Shown here: positions 29,096 through 32,000 of the stretch, piece after piece
Numbering within the stretch: the first letter of the stretch is position 1
Layout of the letters: every line of letters begins with the position of its first letter
From: Geobacter metallireducens GS-15
GTDB taxonomy: Bacteria; Desulfobacterota; Desulfuromonadia; Geobacterales; Geobacteraceae
NCBI RefSeq assembly: GCF_000012925.1
Contig: NC_007517.1
Coordinates: forward strand, 2,700,001 to 2,732,000
Length of the DNA stretch: 32,000 bases
Direction: 5' to 3'
Translations under genes and position numbers: made by a program
The notes under the pieces: model-generated
The model's input: only the letters and a program-made list of their open reading frames with translations
Told to the model about the DNA's origin: nothing
The model's database searches: none

Positions 29096-30523
29096 TCAGC
29101 AGGATGATCCGGCAGCTTTCCGCTTCCGCATGTACTCCAGGTACTGCTTCCCTTCCTTCAGGAGCTTCTTCCGCTCCTCGCCGTCCACGATCATCTTCAT
29201 GATGCTGCGGCCGATGTACTTGGGACGGAAGTAGAACTTGTTGTAGAAGAGCTCCACCGCGTCGAAGATCTCCTTGTTGGAGAGGTGAGGATAGTTGATG
29301 ACGCACATCTGGTGGCCGGTGTCGTCGATATAGGCCTCGGAGGCGATCCACCCTTCCTGCCGGCAGAGATCCCAGAACTCGGTGCCGGGGTACGGCGAGG
29401 CCAGTGACGCCTGGATGGAGTTGAGGTCCAGGGCCTTGGCGTACTCGATGGTCTCGCGGATGGTGTCGCGGGTCTCGCCAGGGAGCCCCATGATGAAGGC
29501 GCCGTGGACGGAAAGGCCGAGCTTCTTGCAATTTCTCGTGAACTCGATGGCCTGCTCCTTGGTGACCCCCTTCTTGATGTTCTTCAGGATCTGCTCGTTG
29601 CCGGTCTCGTACCCCACCACCACGTGGCGGAGACCTGCCTCGCGCATGATCTTGAGGGTTTCGTAGTCGCAGTTTGCCCGGGCATTGATGGTCCAGGAAA
29701 TCCCCAGGGGCTTCAGCTTGGCCGCCACTTCGCGGGCGTGTTTGCGGTCGGCGGTGAAGGTGTCGTCGTCAAAGGAGAGCTCCCGCATCTCGGGGATGTT
29801 GTCGACGATCCACTTCACCTCTTCGTAGACGTTCTGGGGCGAGCGGGTCCGCATGGCCCGGCCCGAGAAGGTCTGGGGCCAGAGGCAGTAGATGCACTTG
29901 GAGGGGCAGCCACGGCTGGAGTAGATGGAGACGTAGGGGTTCTTGAAGTGGGGTATGACGTATTCCGCAATGGGAAGATCCCGCTTGTAAACCGGAGCCA
30001 CGAAGGGGAGCGCGTCCAGGTCTTGGATCGGCGGGCGGTCCGGGGTGTGGTGGATCTTCCCGTCCTTCCAGAAGCTGATCCCGTCCACTTTTGCCCACTC
30101 GCGGCCCTCGCAGAGTTCCTTGGTGGTGTAATCGAATTCGCCGCGGCAGACGATGTCGATGACCCCTTCGCCCTGGCGCAGCGTCTCCTCGGGGAGAACG
30201 GAAACGTGGGGGCCCGTGAGGACCGTAACCGTGGCCGGCTTCTGCTCCTTGACGCGGCGGGCGGTGGCGATGTCGAGGGCCAGGGTCGGCGTGGAGGTGT
30301 ACATCACCACCATGTCGAAATCACGGGCAATGGCCAGGCAGTCGTCGATGGTGAAACGTTGCACCGGCGCGTCCACCACCCGGGAGCCGTCGATCATCCC
30401 GGCGGGGAAGCAGAGCCACGTGGGGTACCAGAAGGAGGTCACCTCCCGGGATGCCTGGTAGCGGGCGCCGGCTCCGCCGTCGAAATCTTCGTAGGTGGGT
30501 GGATTGAGAAACAGAGGCTTCAT
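29096..30523 (-). CDS. hpnJ: B12-binding radical SAM protein; hopanoid biosynthesis-associated HpnJ-like.
   Basis: 475 aa. The N-terminus MKPLFLNPPTYEDFDGGAGARYQASREVTSFWYPTWL resembles HpnJ as I remember it. Cobalamin-binding-like N-domain and radical SAM cluster SSRGCPSKCIYCLWP (CxxxCxxC). SD GGGAGA 7 nt upstream. Confidence 0.75.
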   Translation of the reverse strand: MKPLFLNPPTYEDFDGGAGARYQASREVTSFWYPTWLCFPAGMIDGSRVVDAPVQRFTIDDCLAIARDFDMVVMYTSTPTLALDIATARRVKEQKPATVTVLTGPHVSVLPEETLRQGEGVIDIVCRGEFDYTTKELCEGREWAKVDGISFWKDGKIHHTPDRPPIQDLDALPFVAPVYKRDLPIAEYVIPHFKNPYVSIYSSRGCPSKCIYCLWPQTFSGRAMRTRSPQNVYEEVKWIVDNIPEMRELSFDDDTFTADRKHAREVAAKLKPLGISWTINARANCDYETLKIMREAGLRHVVVGYETGNEQILKNIKKGVTKEQAIEFTRNCKKLGLSVHGAFIMGLPGETRDTIRETIEYAKALDLNSIQASLASPYPGTEFWDLCRQEGWIASEAYIDDTGHQMCVINYPHLSNKEIFDAVELFYNKFYFRPKYIGRSIMKMIVDGEERKKLLKEGKQYLEYMRKRKAAGSSC

Positions 30524-30582
30524 GGCAAATCTCCCGAAAAAACGGATACCTTCACGGGGGCTTGCCCCATGAACAAACCGGC

Positions 30583-30611
30583 AGTATGAAGGGATGCCGA
30601 CGGAAAGTCAA
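30583..30611 (-). promoter_or_regulatory. Candidate promoter for hpnJ-hpnK-DMT.
   Basis: Minus strand: TTGACT (30611..30606), a 17-nt spacer, then CATACT (30588..30583), about 60 nt upstream of the hpnJ ATG. Motif match only. Confidence 0.3.
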
Positions 30612-30633
30612 GGATGGAGGGGTAATGACCCAA

Positions 30634-31869
30634 TCAGACGGCGTCGTCCATGCCGTTGACCCAGTTGCAGGCTGCCAGCTGGACAGGGGCAAGGTTCGCC
30701 ATGGAAAGGCTGAAGCGTTCGATGAGGGGCGAAATCGCGCTGAAATCATCCCTCTCGATTTTTTCCACCAGCTGGAGGAGGATGCCCAACTCCCCCTCGC
30801 GGGCCAGGAGCGCCTGCCGGACATCCTCGTTCAGATTGAGGGGGGACACCACCTCTTCGATGGGCATTTTGAGCAGCGCATCGGCAAGGGAAAGGATGCC
30901 GGTCATGAAGGCCCGGTCGGGATATTCGCGGTCATAGAGCACGGTGGGCTGCTCCGAGATGATGAGCTCCATGAGGCGGGCCCTGGTTGCGGCCATAACG
31001 AGGAGCGGGTTATCGCCCACCGCCTGGGCGGTGTTGGCGAAAAGCGCCATCATGGCCCAGCGGCGCAGCTGGTGGTAGCCGAGCACCATGATCGCATGGC
31101 GCATGCTGGTGATCCTGCTTTTGAGCCCCACGGAGACGGAGTTCACCAGCCGGAGGAGGTTGATGATCAGGTTCGGGTGCTGCTTGAAGGTACTTTCCAG
31201 CTCGTCGATATCCACCTCGGCCACGAGCTGGTTGAAGAGCTTGATGATGGCGAGACGCCCCACGTCGACGCGGGTACGGGTCAGCACCACGGGACGGGCG
31301 AAGTAGTACCCCTGGAAGTAGGTGAAACCGAGGGCCTCGCACTGCTCGTACTGCTCGTAGGTCTCCACCTTCTCGGCCAGAAGCTTCGGCTTCCAGTGCC
31401 TGAACGTCTCTAGTTCGGACTGCAACCGCTCCATGCCGGTACGCATCAGATCAACCTTGATGACATCGACAATCTCGTAGAGGGGTTCGTAGACCGGCGC
31501 GTAGACATGGTCGTCAAGGGCGATCGAAAACCCCTTCTCCTTCAGCTCGCGGCAGCGGTTTATGACCGTTTCGGTTATGGGAACGTGCTCCAGAAGCTCG
31601 ATGACCACTTTTTCCGGGGGAAGGAGTTCGAGGGCCTCGCTCATGAGGACATCGGCATTGACGTTGATGAACCCCTTGTGCTTGCCGAGGATTTCGCGGA
31701 GGCCGAAACTGGAGAGGGCATCGAAGATGACGCTGGCGCTGGCCTGGAGATAATCGGTGACATTGGCGTGAAGGGTATCGGCCGAACGGAAGAGGAGTTC
31801 GAAACCGTAAAGCTTCTGCTCGCGATCAAGAATCGGCTGGCGGCCGAGGAAAAACTTTTCTTCTGCCAT
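30634..31869 (-). CDS. EAL-domain (c-di-GMP phosphodiesterase-type) plus HDOD-domain protein.
   Basis: 411 aa. EAL-domain landmarks appear intact: GRQPILD..YGFELLFR, FINVN, VVIELLEH, IALDDHV, IKVDL, LLAEKVET, FQGYYFARP. The C-terminal half is HDOD-like (LVNSVSVGLKSRITSMRHAIMVLG). GGAG lies 8 nt upstream of the ATG. Confidence 0.85.
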   Translation of the reverse strand: MAEEKFFLGRQPILDREQKLYGFELLFRSADTLHANVTDYLQASASVIFDALSSFGLREILGKHKGFINVNADVLMSEALELLPPEKVVIELLEHVPITETVINRCRELKEKGFSIALDDHVYAPVYEPLYEIVDVIKVDLMRTGMERLQSELETFRHWKPKLLAEKVETYEQYEQCEALGFTYFQGYYFARPVVLTRTRVDVGRLAIIKLFNQLVAEVDIDELESTFKQHPNLIINLLRLVNSVSVGLKSRITSMRHAIMVLGYHQLRRWAMMALFANTAQAVGDNPLLVMAATRARLMELIISEQPTVLYDREYPDRAFMTGILSLADALLKMPIEEVVSPLNLNEDVRQALLAREGELGILLQLVEKIERDDFSAISPLIERFSLSMANLAPVQLAACNWVNGMDDAV

Positions 31870-31931
31870 AAAAAAAACTCCGTGCGGAGAGAATGCAACG
31901 ACAACTCACGAACCAGCATACTACCGGGCGG

Positions 31932-31961
31932 CAGCAAGTGGCAAGATAGCAAGTAGCGAGA
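31932..31961. repeat. 15-bp tandem direct repeat (2 units, 13/15 identical) upstream of the EAL-HDOD gene.
   Basis: AGCAAGTGGCAAGAT (31932..31946) and AGCAAGTAGCGAGAT (31947..31961). GC(A/G)A(G/A) cores recur every 7-8 nt through 31967. The repeat is close to the window edge. Confidence 0.5.
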
Positions 31962-32000
31962 TGGCGAAATAGTTTATTTCTCCCTCGCTCCCTAACTATC

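Noticed and set aside
27345-31413. Plus-strand ORFs 27345..28232, 27967..29202, 29504..30589 and 30562..31413.
   Set aside because: They are shadows opposite the DMT, hpnK, hpnJ and EAL-HDOD genes. The first also runs out of frame through the grx-like gene and its terminator.

Overview
GC-rich (about 60% by eye) chromosomal core segment that reads like a Geobacter / Desulfuromonadales genome; this taxonomic guess rests on gene content only and is not verified. I support 29 CDS. In window order they are: metY (partial), malQ, a 54-aa ORF, ftsH, a Cas6/RAMP-like orphan gene, frdCAB (type-B fumarate reductase/succinate dehydrogenase), tgt, mazG, murJ, a DUF255 thioredoxin-domain protein, a YtxH protein, a TPR protein, ptsP (GAF-EI), a tightly packed 4-gene MacAB-like ABC exporter, a DJ-1/PfpI protein, Fe/Mn superoxide dismutase, DUF503, asnS, a secreted glutaredoxin-fold CPHC protein, a small DMT membrane protein, hpnK, hpnJ and an EAL-HDOD protein. 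I found no rRNA, tRNA, CRISPR array, transposase, integrase or prophage signature. Several intrinsic terminators and a few sigma70-like promoter candidates are visible. Most of the window is ordinary housekeeping DNA. The one gene that looks out of place is the 309-aa Cas6/RAMP-like protein at 5027-5956. It has a Cys4 cluster and a C-terminal glycine-rich loop, and appears lower in GC than its neighbours. It has no cas or CRISPR partner in the window and sits 15 nt behind the frdCAB terminator, directly upstream of an ftsH copy in a non-canonical context. Secondary oddities are two long AT-rich non-coding spacers (frdC/tgt and mazG/murJ), a recurring ACTGTAT-type motif in promoter regions, and a small DMT protein translationally coupled to hpnK. 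All family assignments are from reading the translations; none were checked against databases.
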